This document shows positions 19,845 through 29,704 of a stretch of 64,000 nt of DNA, one piece after another. The stretch spans positions 192,001 through 256,000 of the forward strand of contig CAWFQK010000004.1 of assembly GCA_963817955.1 (NCBI GenBank), written 5' to 3'. The notes under the pieces are model-generated. The model was given only the letters and a program-made list of their open reading frames with translations, was not told the origin of the DNA and made no database searches. This DNA comes from an uncultured Gemmatimonadaceae bacterium. GTDB taxonomy: Bacteria > Gemmatimonadota > Gemmatimonadetes > Gemmatimonadales > Gemmatimonadaceae. Every line of letters starts with the position of its first letter. Position 1 is the stretch's first letter. The translations under genes and the position numbers were made by a program.

Positions 19845-20917
19845 CGCGCGCCAGCCGGAACGATGGAATCGATGCGCGCCGTGAGCCGCGCCACGAGCGA
19901 CGGCGGCAGAGGCGCGTAGTCGAGAGCCGCGGCGTCTTTCTCCCCGTCGGTCAGCGCCCAGCGCACGAAGTCGGCGAGTTTCTTCGCCTTGGCGGCGTTC
20001 GGCTGATTCTTATATATGAGCAACCAGGTGAACGACGCGATGGGGTAGGTCGTTGCGCCGCCCGCGTTGACGATCGACACGCGGTAATCCGTATTGGCTG
20101 GCAGTCGGGCCACCGCTCCGTCGGCTGCGGCCGTGGCGGCATCGGCGGCGGGGGCGACGAACTTGCCGTCAGCATTCTGTAACAGCGCCGTGGGCAGCGC
20201 GTTCTGCTTGGCATACGCGAGCTCGATGTACCCAATGGCTCCTGGTGTCTGCTTCACCTGTCCAGCCACGCCTTCGTTCCCTTTCCCCCCAAGCCCCACG
20301 GGCCATTGCAGTTCCTTGCCCTTGCCAGGCGCTGTTTTCCATGCGGGACTGACGCTCGAGAGATAGTCGCTGAAGATGTACGTGGTGCCGCTACCATCAG
20401 TGCGGTGCACCACGAGAATGTCTTGGTTGGGGAGCGTCACGCCGGGGTTGATCGCAGCGATACGCGGGTCGTTCCATTTCGTGACCTTACCGAGGAAAAT
20501 GTCGGCAAGCAGAGGCCCGGTGAGCTTTAGCGGTTGCGCCAAGCCGGGCAGGTTGTACGCGAGCGCCACGACGCCGACAACGGTGGGAATGTGCAGCACA
20601 GGTCCGCCCTTTGCCTTCGCCATGTCGCTGTCGCTCATGGGGGCGTCCGAGGCACCGAAATCGACGGTCTGTTCCGATAGTTGTTTGATGCCGCCGCCGG
20701 ACCCGATCGACTGGTAGTTGATCTTCACGCCAGTCTTTGCCGCGTACTCGTTGAACCACTTCGAGTAGATCGGATACGGGAACGTTGCGCCGGCACCGGT
20801 CAGATCGGTTCCGCTCGAGCCCGATGCGCCATGCGTGGTATCACCGGCGGTACGGGAAGAGTCGGAGCGGCAGCCTACGACGGCGACGGCGAGCGCGATG
20901 AGAGGCCAACGTTTCAC
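19841..20917 (-). CDS. pstS: phosphate-binding protein PstS, lipoprotein form
   Basis: VVG-C lipobox; GAGATFPYP, YQSIGSGGG, VDFGASD, RTDGSGTT. Confidence 0.95.
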   Translation of the reverse strand: MKRWPLIALAVAVVGCRSDSSRTAGDTTHGASGSSGTDLTGAGATFPYPIYSKWFNEYAAKTGVKINYQSIGSGGGIKQLSEQTVDFGASDAPMSDSDMAKAKGGPVLHIPTVVGVVALAYNLPGLAQPLKLTGPLLADIFLGKVTKWNDPRIAAINPGVTLPNQDILVVHRTDGSGTTYIFSDYLSSVSPAWKTAPGKGKELQWPVGLGGKGNEGVAGQVKQTPGAIGYIELAYAKQNALPTALLQNADGKFVAPAADAATAAADGAVARLPANTDYRVSIVNAGGATTYPIASFTWLLIYKNQPNAAKAKKLADFVRWALTDGEKDAAALDYAPLPPSLVARLTARIDSIVPAGAR

Positions 20918-20982
20918 GAGTGACTCCGGTCAGGTCGATTGTTGAGGATCGTCGGAGCGTGCAACTATCGTGGCAATGTTAT

Positions 20983-21075
20983 GTAACGGACGAGTAACGA
21001 GGGGCTCTGCTGTGGGCGGCCGTGATCGTCCGTGAGCGTCGTGCGCCGGAGATCGCCGTGACGAATCCGTGACCG
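20983..21075. promoter_or_regulatory. candidate Pho boxes in the divergent pstS/pstS intergenic region
   Basis: GTAAC at 20983 and 20994, and (CC)GTGAC at 21058 and 21069: two direct-repeat pairs with 11-nt period. Confidence 0.45.
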
Positions 21076-21144
21076 GACGCTCGCGGCGCCTTTACTCGCG
21101 GGAGGGAAGTTCAACGCACCTTCATACTCCCATAGGAGCTCTCC

Positions 21145-22185
21145 GTGATCGCACGTATGTCGAAACTCGTCGGCCTGGTGATTGTTGGCGCCGCGGTGGC
21201 TGCCTCGAGCGCCGCAGCACAGGATCTGACCGGCGCCGGCGCGACGTTCCCATATCCGATCTACTCGAAGTGGTTCAACGAGTACGCGGCAAAGACTGGC
21301 GTGAAGATCAACTACCAGTCCATCGGGTCCGGCGGCGGTATTCGCCAGTTCACCGAAGGCACAGTGGACTTCGGCGCTTCCGACGCCCCAATGAGCGACG
21401 AAGAGATGGCCAAGCTCAAGAGTCCCGCACTGCACATCCCGACGGTACTCGGCGCCGTCGTCATCACCTACAATCTGCCTGAAGTGAGCAAGCCGCTCAA
21501 CCTGACAGGGCCGGTGGTAGCTGACATCTACCTGGGCAAAGTCACGAAGTGGAACGACCCGGCCATCGCCGCGACCAACAAGGGTGTCACGCTTCCCAAT
21601 AAGGACATTCTCGTGGTGCACCGCACTGATGGTAGCGGCACCACATACATCTTCAGCGACTATCTCTCGAGCGTCAGTTCCGCCTGGAAGACCGCGCCTG
21701 GCAAGGGCAAGGAGCTCGCCTGGCCAGTGGGACTTGGCGGCAAGGGAAATGAAGGCGTGGCCGGGCAGGTGAAGCAGGTGCCGGGCGCCATCGGGTACGT
21801 CGAACTGGCGTATGCGCGACAGAACAAGCTACCGTACGCTGCACTGAAGAATGCGTCCGGCAACTACGTGCTGCCGACCATCGAGTCCACCACCGAGGCC
21901 GCGGCAGGCATCGCGGCCAAGCTGCCAGCGAACACCGACTTCCGCGTGTCGATCGTGAACGCGCCAGGCAAGGGCGCGTATCCCATCGCATCGTTCACCT
22001 ATCTACTTGTTTACGAAACGCAGCTCAATCCAGCCAAGGGGAAGCAGTTGATCGACTTTATTCGCTGGGCGCTCCACGATGGAGAGAAGGACGCAGCCTC
22101 GCTGGACTATTCGCCACTGCCAAAGAACGTCGTCACGATGCTCGACAAGCGACTCGCCGGCATCCGCAACGTAGCCACGCAATAA
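21145..22185 (+). CDS. pstS: phosphate-binding protein PstS, second copy with cleavable signal peptide (start 21145 or 21157)
   Basis: AAA-Q signal peptidase I site; same PstS motifs; AGGAG RBS. Confidence 0.95.
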   Translation: MIARMSKLVGLVIVGAAVAASSAAAQDLTGAGATFPYPIYSKWFNEYAAKTGVKINYQSIGSGGGIRQFTEGTVDFGASDAPMSDEEMAKLKSPALHIPTVLGAVVITYNLPEVSKPLNLTGPVVADIYLGKVTKWNDPAIAATNKGVTLPNKDILVVHRTDGSGTTYIFSDYLSSVSSAWKTAPGKGKELAWPVGLGGKGNEGVAGQVKQVPGAIGYVELAYARQNKLPYAALKNASGNYVLPTIESTTEAAAGIAAKLPANTDFRVSIVNAPGKGAYPIASFTYLLVYETQLNPAKGKQLIDFIRWALHDGEKDAASLDYSPLPKNVVTMLDKRLAGIRNVATQ

Positions 22186-22206
22186 TCCCCGACTCATTCA
22201 AAAACA

Positions 22207-23451
22207 GTGACCTCACATTTCCTTCGATCATTCGCGACCGCCGCGGCCGTCGCGATTCTCCCCGCCATTGCCGCGGCGCAGCAGGCACCGGCGCCAGCCG
22301 TCGTCACCCCCGCATTCGACTTCTCCGGCGTGATCTTCGGCAGCTTCAGCTACCGCACTGACTCGGCGAGTAAGGCGTCGGTCGCGGGCCAGAACCCCAA
22401 CGCGTTCAACATCGATCGCGCATACCTCATCTTCCGCATGCCCGCCGGCGACAACGGCCAGATTCGGATCACCGCGGACATCTTTCAAAACACGAGTACG
22501 GCAACGAACGGGTTCTATCAGGGGTGGGTGTTCCGCTTGAAGCACGCGTACTTGCAGTACACCGGGTTGAGGAACAGCGTCGGCACCGGCTCGAGTCTCA
22601 CGGGTCGGCTCGGCGTGCTGCACACGGTGGTCATCGACCATGAGGAAGGCTTCTGGCCCCGGTATCTGGGCACGACGGCAATTGAAAAGAACGGATTCTT
22701 CTCATCCGCCGACGCTGGCGTTGCCGGACTCCTCACGCTCGGCAACAAGATGGGCGAGGTGTACGGCACGATCACCAATGGCCCGGGCTACACGTCATAC
22801 GAGAAGGATCGCTTCAAGGATCTGGCGCTCCGTGTGTCGTTGACGCCACTGGCGAGTTCGACGGACATGAACGCAATCGTCAAGACGTTCACGATCTCGC
22901 CCTGGGTCTATAAGGGATGGGTCGGCAGCAGCTTCGCGGGGGGCGGGACAGGGCAGGTGGGTCCCGGGACGAACGGCGGAGTGACAGACGGAATGAAGCG
23001 GGACCGGTATGGCGTCTTTGTAGGTGTCAAGGAACGACGGCTGACGGCGGGAGCCGAATGGGCGCAGCGATCGGACGACAGCGAGAAGGGGTTGAACACC
23101 ACAGCGAGCCCGCGTGTGGTGACGGACTCCACAGGGCGCGTGCTGGACGGCTTCATCGTTGCGCGGCCCGCCGAGCTGTTCGGCGCCTCGGCCAAGTCAC
23201 CTGTGAGCGTGATTGCCCGATGGGACCATTTCACGCCCAATACGAGCCCAGTTGCGGCAACCTACGTTGGTACGACGCCGGCGTATGACTTCTACGTGCT
23301 GGGTCTGTCCTACGACCTCAACCAGAAAATGACGATGGCCCTCGACTGGCAGAACCAGTCGCCGACCAACTTCCCGGACGCAACGGGAACCAACGTCCGC
23401 CCGTCTCCCACGGCGTCGACGCTCTTTCTGCATTTCGTGGCGAATTTCTAA
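22207..23451 (+). CDS. outer-membrane beta-barrel, putative phosphate-related porin
   Basis: Signal peptide, FNIDRAYL and RLKHAYLQY strands, C-terminal Phe; follows pstS. Confidence 0.65.
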   Translation: MTSHFLRSFATAAAVAILPAIAAAQQAPAPAVVTPAFDFSGVIFGSFSYRTDSASKASVAGQNPNAFNIDRAYLIFRMPAGDNGQIRITADIFQNTSTATNGFYQGWVFRLKHAYLQYTGLRNSVGTGSSLTGRLGVLHTVVIDHEEGFWPRYLGTTAIEKNGFFSSADAGVAGLLTLGNKMGEVYGTITNGPGYTSYEKDRFKDLALRVSLTPLASSTDMNAIVKTFTISPWVYKGWVGSSFAGGGTGQVGPGTNGGVTDGMKRDRYGVFVGVKERRLTAGAEWAQRSDDSEKGLNTTASPRVVTDSTGRVLDGFIVARPAELFGASAKSPVSVIARWDHFTPNTSPVAATYVGTTPAYDFYVLGLSYDLNQKMTMALDWQNQSPTNFPDATGTNVRPSPTASTLFLHFVANF

Positions 23452-23452
23452 G

Positions 23453-23559
23453 CGGGACACGAGACAACGAGACACGGGACGCGGGAAGAAGCACACGGGA
23501 CACGGGAGAAACTTCTCGTGTCCCGTTGTCTCGTGTCCCGTGTCTCATCCCCGTGTCTC
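23453..23559. repeat. inverted heptamer-repeat cluster (hairpin)
   Basis: CGGGACACGAGACAACGAGACACGG followed by the near-perfect reverse complement CTCGTGTCCCGTTGTCTCGTGTCCCG. Confidence 0.8.
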
Positions 23560-23568
23560 ATACCTCCG

Positions 23569-23597
23569 TTGACACGTCGTAAGTCGTTGCCTAACTT
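23569..23597 (+). promoter_or_regulatory. sigma70 promoter for rplM-rpsI
   Basis: TTGACA-17 nt-TAACTT. Confidence 0.7.
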
Positions 23598-23689
23598 GCG
23601 AGTCTGTAAAAAAAGCCTTCGGTGGCTGCCGAGACCCGGGTTGCATGACGCACCGGTGAGGCGCTTGACCCACTTCGTTCGATCAAGCA

Positions 23690-24136
23690 ATGAAAACGTT
23701 TTCGGCCACGCCCTCGGATATCGAGCAGCGTTGGTACATCGTGGACGCCGAGGGCATGATCCTCGGACGTCTCGCTACGGAAGTTGCCCGCATCATCCGT
23801 GGCAAGCACAAGCCCATCTTCACGCCGCACATGGATACGGGTGACAACGTCATCGTCATCAATGCGTCGAAGGTGAAGGTTACCGGCCGTAAAGCCGAGC
23901 AGAAGAACTACTTCCATCACACCGGTTACATGGGACATGAGCGTTTCACGCCCTACGGGACGATGATCGCCAAGCACCCTGAACGCGTGATCGAGAAAGC
24001 CGTTTTCGGAATGCTGCCCAAGACCGCTCTTGGACGTCAGGTTCTGCGCGGGAAGCTTCGCGTGTATGCGAACGCCGAGCATCCGCACGTTGCGCAGCAG
24101 CCCACCGCGTTGACCTTCAACAAGAGCGAGAAGTAA
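23690..24136 (+). CDS. rplM: 50S ribosomal protein L13
   Basis: WYIVDA, LGRLA, GKHKP.FTPH.DTGD, GMLPK. Confidence 0.98.
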   Translation: MKTFSATPSDIEQRWYIVDAEGMILGRLATEVARIIRGKHKPIFTPHMDTGDNVIVINASKVKVTGRKAEQKNYFHHTGYMGHERFTPYGTMIAKHPERVIEKAVFGMLPKTALGRQVLRGKLRVYANAEHPHVAQQPTALTFNKSEK

Positions 24137-24139
24137 TCC

Positions 24140-24535
24140 ATGTCTGACACGCAGACGATTCACGCGATTGGCCGCCGCAAGGAAGCGGTGTGCCGTGTGT
24201 TCATCAAGGCCGGTTCAGGCAAGTGGGACGTCAACGGTCGTACGCTGGGAGATTACTTCCCGCGCGCGTCGCACGTGACGTCCATTCAGCAGGCATTCGT
24301 GGCGACCGACACGCTCGGGCGCTTCGACGTGAAGGCGAACGTGGACGGCGGCGGATCAACGGGCCAGGCCGGCGCGCTACGTCTCGCGGTGGCACGTGCC
24401 CTCGTGAAGATCGACGAGGCGCATCGCCCCAAGCTTCGTTCGCTCGGCCTCCTCACGCGCGATGCGCGTGCGGTTGAGCGCAAGAAGCCGGGTCGTCCGA
24501 AGGCACGTAAGCGGTTCCAGTTCAGCAAGCGTTAG
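24140..24535 (+). CDS. rpsI: 30S ribosomal protein S9
   Basis: GRRKEA, GGG.TGQAGA, ERKKPG...QFSKR. Confidence 0.98.
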   Translation: MSDTQTIHAIGRRKEAVCRVFIKAGSGKWDVNGRTLGDYFPRASHVTSIQQAFVATDTLGRFDVKANVDGGGSTGQAGALRLAVARALVKIDEAHRPKLRSLGLLTRDARAVERKKPGRPKARKRFQFSKR

Positions 24536-24689
24536 GCATGTCATTCGTGGTTCGTTTCTCGTACCCACGAGAAGCGAACCACGAACGGCCATCTCACAGG
24601 ATCTCCGAGCTTCTGCCCGGTGCCGGGAAACCGGTGGGTAGTGCGAAGACGAGATCCAACGACTCAACCAAAACGAGGTTCGTTCCATC

Positions 24690-25637
24690 ATGTCAGAGCA
24701 GGTACAGTCCACCACGAACACGCCAACCCTCGAGGAACTCCTCGCGGCCGGCGTCCACTTCGGGCATCAAACCCGTCGTTGGAACCCCAAGATGCGCCGC
24801 TTCATTTTCGCCGAGCGGAATGGCATCCACATCATCGACCTGCAGAAGACCCTTCGGCAGATCGAAGTCGCCCAGAAGCTCGCGCGCGACGTGATCCTGC
24901 GCGGCGAGAACGTGCTCTTCGTCTGCACCAAGCCGCAACTCGCGGGCATCGTGCGGGCCGAAGCTGAGCGCGCCGGCGCCCTGTTCATCACCGAGCGCTG
25001 GCTTGGCGGTCTGCTCACCAACTATCAGACGGTGAAGAAGCAGGTCAAGCGCATGAAGGAGCTCGAGTCGGGCACCGAACAGGGTGGCGAATTCGAGAAC
25101 TACACCAAGAAAGAGCAGCTCATGCTCCGCCGCGAGCGCGAGAAGCTCTCGAAGTACTTGCACGGCATTCGCAACATGGGCCGCCTTCCGGGCCTGATGT
25201 TCGTCGTCGATTCGAAGAAGGAACGGATTGGCGTCGCCGAGGGGAACAAGCTGAAGATTCCGATCGTCGCGATCGTCGATACGAATGCGGATCCGGACCT
25301 CATCACCGTGCCGATCGCCGGCAACGACGACGCCATTCGCGCCGTCGAGCTGATCACGAAGGCGATCGCGGACTCCATCGTGGAAGCGCGCCGGGAAGCG
25401 CCGGTCCGTCAGGAAGAGGAAGAGGGCGGGGACTACACCTATAGCTCGGACCGTGGCGCCGAACCGGCCGCGGGCGAAGAGGACAAGAAGCGTCGCCGTC
25501 GGCCACGCCGGCGCCGGGCCAAGCCTGAAGCGATCGCCGCGCGTCTGAAGGGCCCGGGCGAGGGTGGCGAAGCCGGTGAGGCAGGTGAAGCGGGTGAAGC
25601 CCCGGATACGGGCGCTGACGCTGGCGAAGTCGAATAA
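24690..25637 (+). CDS. rpsB: 30S ribosomal protein S2
   Basis: AGVHFGHQTRRWNPKM, RWLGGLLTN, DTNADPD, GNDDAIR. Confidence 0.98.
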   Translation: MSEQVQSTTNTPTLEELLAAGVHFGHQTRRWNPKMRRFIFAERNGIHIIDLQKTLRQIEVAQKLARDVILRGENVLFVCTKPQLAGIVRAEAERAGALFITERWLGGLLTNYQTVKKQVKRMKELESGTEQGGEFENYTKKEQLMLRREREKLSKYLHGIRNMGRLPGLMFVVDSKKERIGVAEGNKLKIPIVAIVDTNADPDLITVPIAGNDDAIRAVELITKAIADSIVEARREAPVRQEEEEGGDYTYSSDRGAEPAAGEEDKKRRRRPRRRRAKPEAIAARLKGPGEGGEAGEAGEAGEAPDTGADAGEVE

Positions 25638-25775
25638 GCTGGAAAACGACATGGAACTGGGACGCGAGACACGAGAGCCGTGTCCCTGGTCCATGTCCCA
25701 TTAGACTTCACGCCGCCGGTCATCTTGGCCCGGCGGCGTTTCCACGAAAACGAAAAACCAAAGCCGGACACTGAA

Positions 25776-26372
25776 ATGGCTATTTCCGCAAAAGACGTCG
25801 CGGCGCTACGCGAGCGCACGGGCGCCGGCATGATGGATTGCAAGAAGGCGCTGGACGAGTCTGCCGGCGACGTCGACAAGGCTGTGGAGTTGCTGCGTTC
25901 CAGGGGCGCCGCGAAGGCCGACAAACGGGCCGGCCGGCAAACCAAGGAAGGCATGATCGCGAACTACATTCACCACAACGGCAAGATCGCCGTGCTGGTG
26001 GAGTTGAATTGCGAGACCGATTTCGTGGCGCGCACCGACGACTTCCAGCAGGTTGGCAAGTGGATCGCCGAGCACATCGCCGCGGCGTCTCCGATCGCGA
26101 TCGACAAAGATCAGGTGCCACAGGACAAGATCGATTCCGAGCGCCGTATCTTCGTCGAGCAAGTGAAGGCGGAAGGCAAGCCGGATCACATGATCGAGAA
26201 GATCGTCGAGGGTAAGATTCAGGCGTACTACAAGGACGTCGCGCTGATGCACCAAGCGTGGGTCCGCGAGCCAAAGAAGACCATTGGCGATCTCGTGAAG
26301 GAACTCTCGGCGAAGACGGGCGAGGCCGTGCAGGTGCGTCGCTTTGTTCGCTACCAACTCGGCGAGGCATAA
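25776..26372 (+). CDS. tsf: elongation factor Ts (short form)
   Basis: [36 protein letters not shown]. Confidence 0.97.
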   Translation: MAISAKDVAALRERTGAGMMDCKKALDESAGDVDKAVELLRSRGAAKADKRAGRQTKEGMIANYIHHNGKIAVLVELNCETDFVARTDDFQQVGKWIAEHIAAASPIAIDKDQVPQDKIDSERRIFVEQVKAEGKPDHMIEKIVEGKIQAYYKDVALMHQAWVREPKKTIGDLVKELSAKTGEAVQVRRFVRYQLGEA

Positions 26373-26386
26373 TCGAGGCGTCCAAG

Positions 26387-27100
26387 GTGGCCGATCTCAA
26401 ATATCCGCGAGTTCTGTTGAAGCTCTCCGGCGAGGCGCTCGCCGGAGACAAGGGATTCGGATACGATTTCGATTCCGTTGGGCGCTTTGCCGACGAAATC
26501 GTTGCGGTGAAGGCGACTGGTGCTTCCGTCGGTGTCGTGATCGGCGGCGGCAACATCGTCCGCGGTTCTCTCCTGGCAAAGACGGGAATGGACCGGGTTG
26601 CCGCAGACTACATGGGCATGCTTGGCACGGTGATCAACGCCCTGGCCGTGCAGGACGTGCTCGAGCGCAAAGGCGTCGATACGCGCGTCATGACGGCCAT
26701 CCGCATGGAAGAGCTGGCGGAGCCGTACATCCGGCGTCGCGCGATTCGCCATCTGGAAAAGGGACGCACCGTCATTTTTGCCGCCGGCACGGGGAATCCC
26801 TATTTTTCCACGGATACCGCGGCGGTGTTGCGCGCCATTCAGATCAAGGCGAACATCATCATCAAGGCGACGAGCGTCGATGGTGTGTACTCGGCCGATC
26901 CGAAACGCGATCCGAATGCCACGTTGTACGATGAGATCAGCTTCCGCGATGTGATCATGGAAGAGCTCAAGGTGATCGACCATACGGCCATCACCTTGTG
27001 CCGTGAAAACGCGCTCCCGCTGATCGTTCTCAACATCCACCGACCGGGCGCGATTGTCGCGGTGATCCGCGGCGAACGCGTCGGCACCCTGGTTCGATGA
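26387..27100 (+). CDS. pyrH: UMP kinase
   Basis: [37 protein letters not shown]. Confidence 0.97.
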   Translation: MADLKYPRVLLKLSGEALAGDKGFGYDFDSVGRFADEIVAVKATGASVGVVIGGGNIVRGSLLAKTGMDRVAADYMGMLGTVINALAVQDVLERKGVDTRVMTAIRMEELAEPYIRRRAIRHLEKGRTVIFAAGTGNPYFSTDTAAVLRAIQIKANIIIKATSVDGVYSADPKRDPNATLYDEISFRDVIMEELKVIDHTAITLCRENALPLIVLNIHRPGAIVAVIRGERVGTLVR

Positions 27101-27651
27101 GCACCATTCAAGACATTCTGAAGGACGCGCGTGCGGTGATGGAGAAGGACATCGCCCACGTGAAGCACGAGTTCAGCTCCGTTCGTTCCGGCAAGGCGAC
27201 GCCGAGCATGCTCGACACCGTGCGTGTCGAGGTATACGGGCAGACGATGCAGCTCAATCAGGTAGCGACGATCAACGCGCCCGAACCACGCGTGCTGCAC
27301 GTCACGCCATTCGACAAGAGCCAGATCAAGATCGTGGAGAAGGCAATCCGCGAATCCGGTCTGGGTCTCGAGCCGTCGGCACAGGGGGGTATGATTCGCG
27401 TCCCGCTGCCGTCAATGAACGAGCAACGGCGTAAGGAACTGGTCAAGCTCGTGCACAAGTACGCCGAGGACGGTCGCGTCGCCGTACGGCATGTGCGCAC
27501 GCACAACCGCGAAGTACTGAAGAAGCTGAACGGCGTCTCCGAAGACGACGTGAAGCACGCCGAGAAAGACCTGCAGAAGTTGCACGATGACTTCATTCAC
27601 AAGATCGACGATTTGATCAAGGCGAAAGAAGCCGAGATCATGGAAGTGTGA
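27097..27651 (+). CDS. frr: ribosome recycling factor
   Basis: [27 protein letters not shown]. Confidence 0.97.
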   Translation: MSTIQDILKDARAVMEKDIAHVKHEFSSVRSGKATPSMLDTVRVEVYGQTMQLNQVATINAPEPRVLHVTPFDKSQIKIVEKAIRESGLGLEPSAQGGMIRVPLPSMNEQRRKELVKLVHKYAEDGRVAVRHVRTHNREVLKKLNGVSEDDVKHAEKDLQKLHDDFIHKIDDLIKAKEAEIMEV

Positions 27652-28565
27652 GCCCCGAGCTCACGCGTCGCATCGCGTTCGGAGTGATTGCTGCTCCCAT
27701 CGCGATCGTCATCCTGGTCTATGGAGGAGCGCCCCTCGCGGCGCTCCTCGCCGTTACGTCCGCACTCGGCGCTTGGGAGTTCTTCCGTATCGCCCGGGCA
27801 GACGGACTGACGCCGCTCGATTTCGGCGGCGCGGCTCTGGCGGGACTCATTCCGTTGCTCGTGCATGCGCGCTATCTGCGGATATACAACCCTGACGGTG
27901 CCATTGGGCCCGTCTCGCTCGCCGCGCTCGTGCTGCTGCTTCTGCTGGCGCTCTCGATCCGGACGCGAGGCGTCGCGGGAAAACCGCTCGGTGCCGTCGC
28001 AGCCACCGCCTTCGGCGCGGCGTATACGGGCGGCATGTTGAGCTTCGCGTATGCGATCCGGTATCACGACTACGCGTTCGCGCCCGCGCCAATCGCGCTT
28101 GGCGGACACGTGTTCACTGTGCCATCGGGCGGGCTGCTGCTGCTCTTGCCGGTGCTGCTCACGTGGGCCTCGGACATTGGCGCGTACGCCGTGGGTCGCG
28201 CAGTCGGACGACACAAGCTGATCCCGGCAGTGAGCCCAGGAAAGACAGTGGAGGGCGCGATCGGCGGATTGCTGGCGAGCATGGTCATCGCCTGGATGTA
28301 CGTGCATTTCGTCCTGCATCCGGCGACGCAACTCGACTTCCGCCTCGCCCCTGGCGGGGTGCTGCTGTTCGGAGCGCTCGTCAGCGTCGCCGCGCAGATC
28401 GGTGACCTGGCGGAATCACTGCTCAAGCGCGAGGCGGGCGTGAAGGACGCCTCGCACATCATACCGGGCCATGGCGGCATTCTCGACCGTTGCGATAGTC
28501 TGCTGTTCGTGCTGCCGATTTCATTCGTTGTGCTCAGCGGCATGTTGACGTGGGCGCCGACGTGA
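27648..28565 (+). CDS. cdsA: phosphatidate cytidylyltransferase
   Basis: DIGAYAVG, SPGKTVEG, GDLAESLLKREAGVKD, PGHGGILDR. Confidence 0.95.
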   Translation: MSPELTRRIAFGVIAAPIAIVILVYGGAPLAALLAVTSALGAWEFFRIARADGLTPLDFGGAALAGLIPLLVHARYLRIYNPDGAIGPVSLAALVLLLLLALSIRTRGVAGKPLGAVAATAFGAAYTGGMLSFAYAIRYHDYAFAPAPIALGGHVFTVPSGGLLLLLPVLLTWASDIGAYAVGRAVGRHKLIPAVSPGKTVEGAIGGLLASMVIAWMYVHFVLHPATQLDFRLAPGGVLLFGALVSVAAQIGDLAESLLKREAGVKDASHIIPGHGGILDRCDSLLFVLPISFVVLSGMLTWAPT

Positions 28566-29704
28566 CCAAGCCCGCCATGCCGCGCGGCGTCGCGATCCTC
28601 GGTTCGACGGGCTCGATCGGGACCACCGCGCTGCGCGTCCTCGATCGCCAGCGCGGTCTCTTTCGCGTGGCCGCGCTCACGGCGTTCAACAACGCAGCGC
28701 TCCTGAGCGAACAGGAAAGTCAGTTTCATCCGGCGTTCGTCGGCATCGCCAACGATGGCGCGTCCCTCCATTCGGAGTGGAGCGTGGGGCCGGAGTGCCT
28801 CGTGGAAGCGGCGGCCCGCGACGATGTGGACATCGTTCTGAATGCCGTGGTCGGTGCCGCCGGACTCGACGCGACTTTGGCGGCCCTGGCCCGCGGCAAA
28901 CGGGTCGCGCTCGCCAACAAGGAAACGCTTGTCATGGCGGGCGCGCTCGTCACCGATGCCTGTGCGGCGGGCGGCGGAGAAATCATTCCGGTGGACAGCG
29001 AGCACAGCGCAATTCTACAGTGCATCGCCGGCCGGCCGGATGTCGATGTACGGCGCGTGATCATTACCGCGTCGGGCGGACCCTTTCGCGAGTGGACGCC
29101 GGCGCAGCTCCACGCCGCCACGCTCGAGGAGGCGCTCCGCCATCCCACCTGGCAAATGGGACGAAAGATCACCGTGGACAGCGCGACGCTGGCAAACAAG
29201 GCACTCGAGGTGATCGAGGCACACTATCTGTTCGGCGTGCCGTATGACCGAATCGAGGTTGTCGTGCATCCCCAAAGCGTCGTGCATTCCTTCGTGGAGT
29301 TCGTTGACGGGAGCGTGCTCGCCCAGCTCGGTGTGCCGAGCATGGAACTGCCCGTCCTGTACGCGCTCACATACCCCGATCGCGTGCCGGACACTGGCGT
29401 GCCTGCCTTCGACCCGGTGGCGTTGTCGCCACTGACGTTCGAGCCCGTGCGCGCCGATCAGTTCCCTGCGTTCGCGCTGGGCATTGAAGCGGGGCGGAAG
29501 GGGGGCCCCGCGCCGGCAGTGTTCAACGCGGCGAACGAAGCAGCCGTGGCACTCTTTCTCGACGGTCACATATCCTTCCGCGACATCGGGCCGGCGATCG
29601 GTAGCGCGCTGGAGACACTCTCCGATGTTCCGGGTACCACTCGCGAGGCGATTCTCGCCGCAGACGCCGCGGCACGCCGTCACGTCCAGGAACGGTTTGC
29701 ATGA
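28562..29704 (+). CDS. dxr: 1-deoxy-D-xylulose-5-phosphate reductoisomerase
   Basis: ILGSTGSIG, LANKE, PVDSEH, TASGGPFR, HPTWQMGRKITVDSA, NAANE. Confidence 0.96.
   Translation: MTKPAMPRGVAILGSTGSIGTTALRVLDRQRGLFRVAALTAFNNAALLSEQESQFHPAFVGIANDGASLHSEWSVGPECLVEAAARDDVDIVLNAVVGAAGLDATLAALARGKRVALANKETLVMAGALVTDACAAGGGEIIPVDSEHSAILQCIAGRPDVDVRRVIITASGGPFREWTPAQLHAATLEEALRHPTWQMGRKITVDSATLANKALEVIEAHYLFGVPYDRIEVVVHPQSVVHSFVEFVDGSVLAQLGVPSMELPVLYALTYPDRVPDTGVPAFDPVALSPLTFEPVRADQFPAFALGIEAGRKGGPAPAVFNAANEAAVALFLDGHISFRDIGPAIGSALETLSDVPGTTREAILAADAAARRHVQERFA

Noticed and set aside
25560..25600. 9-nt repeats at the rpsB 3' end (GEA x4)
   Set aside because: Ordinary low-complexity acidic tail of S2
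25776..26372. Short EF-Ts as a truncated pseudogene
   Set aside because: The ~200-aa form is a known natural variant and the C-terminal RRFVRY motif is intact
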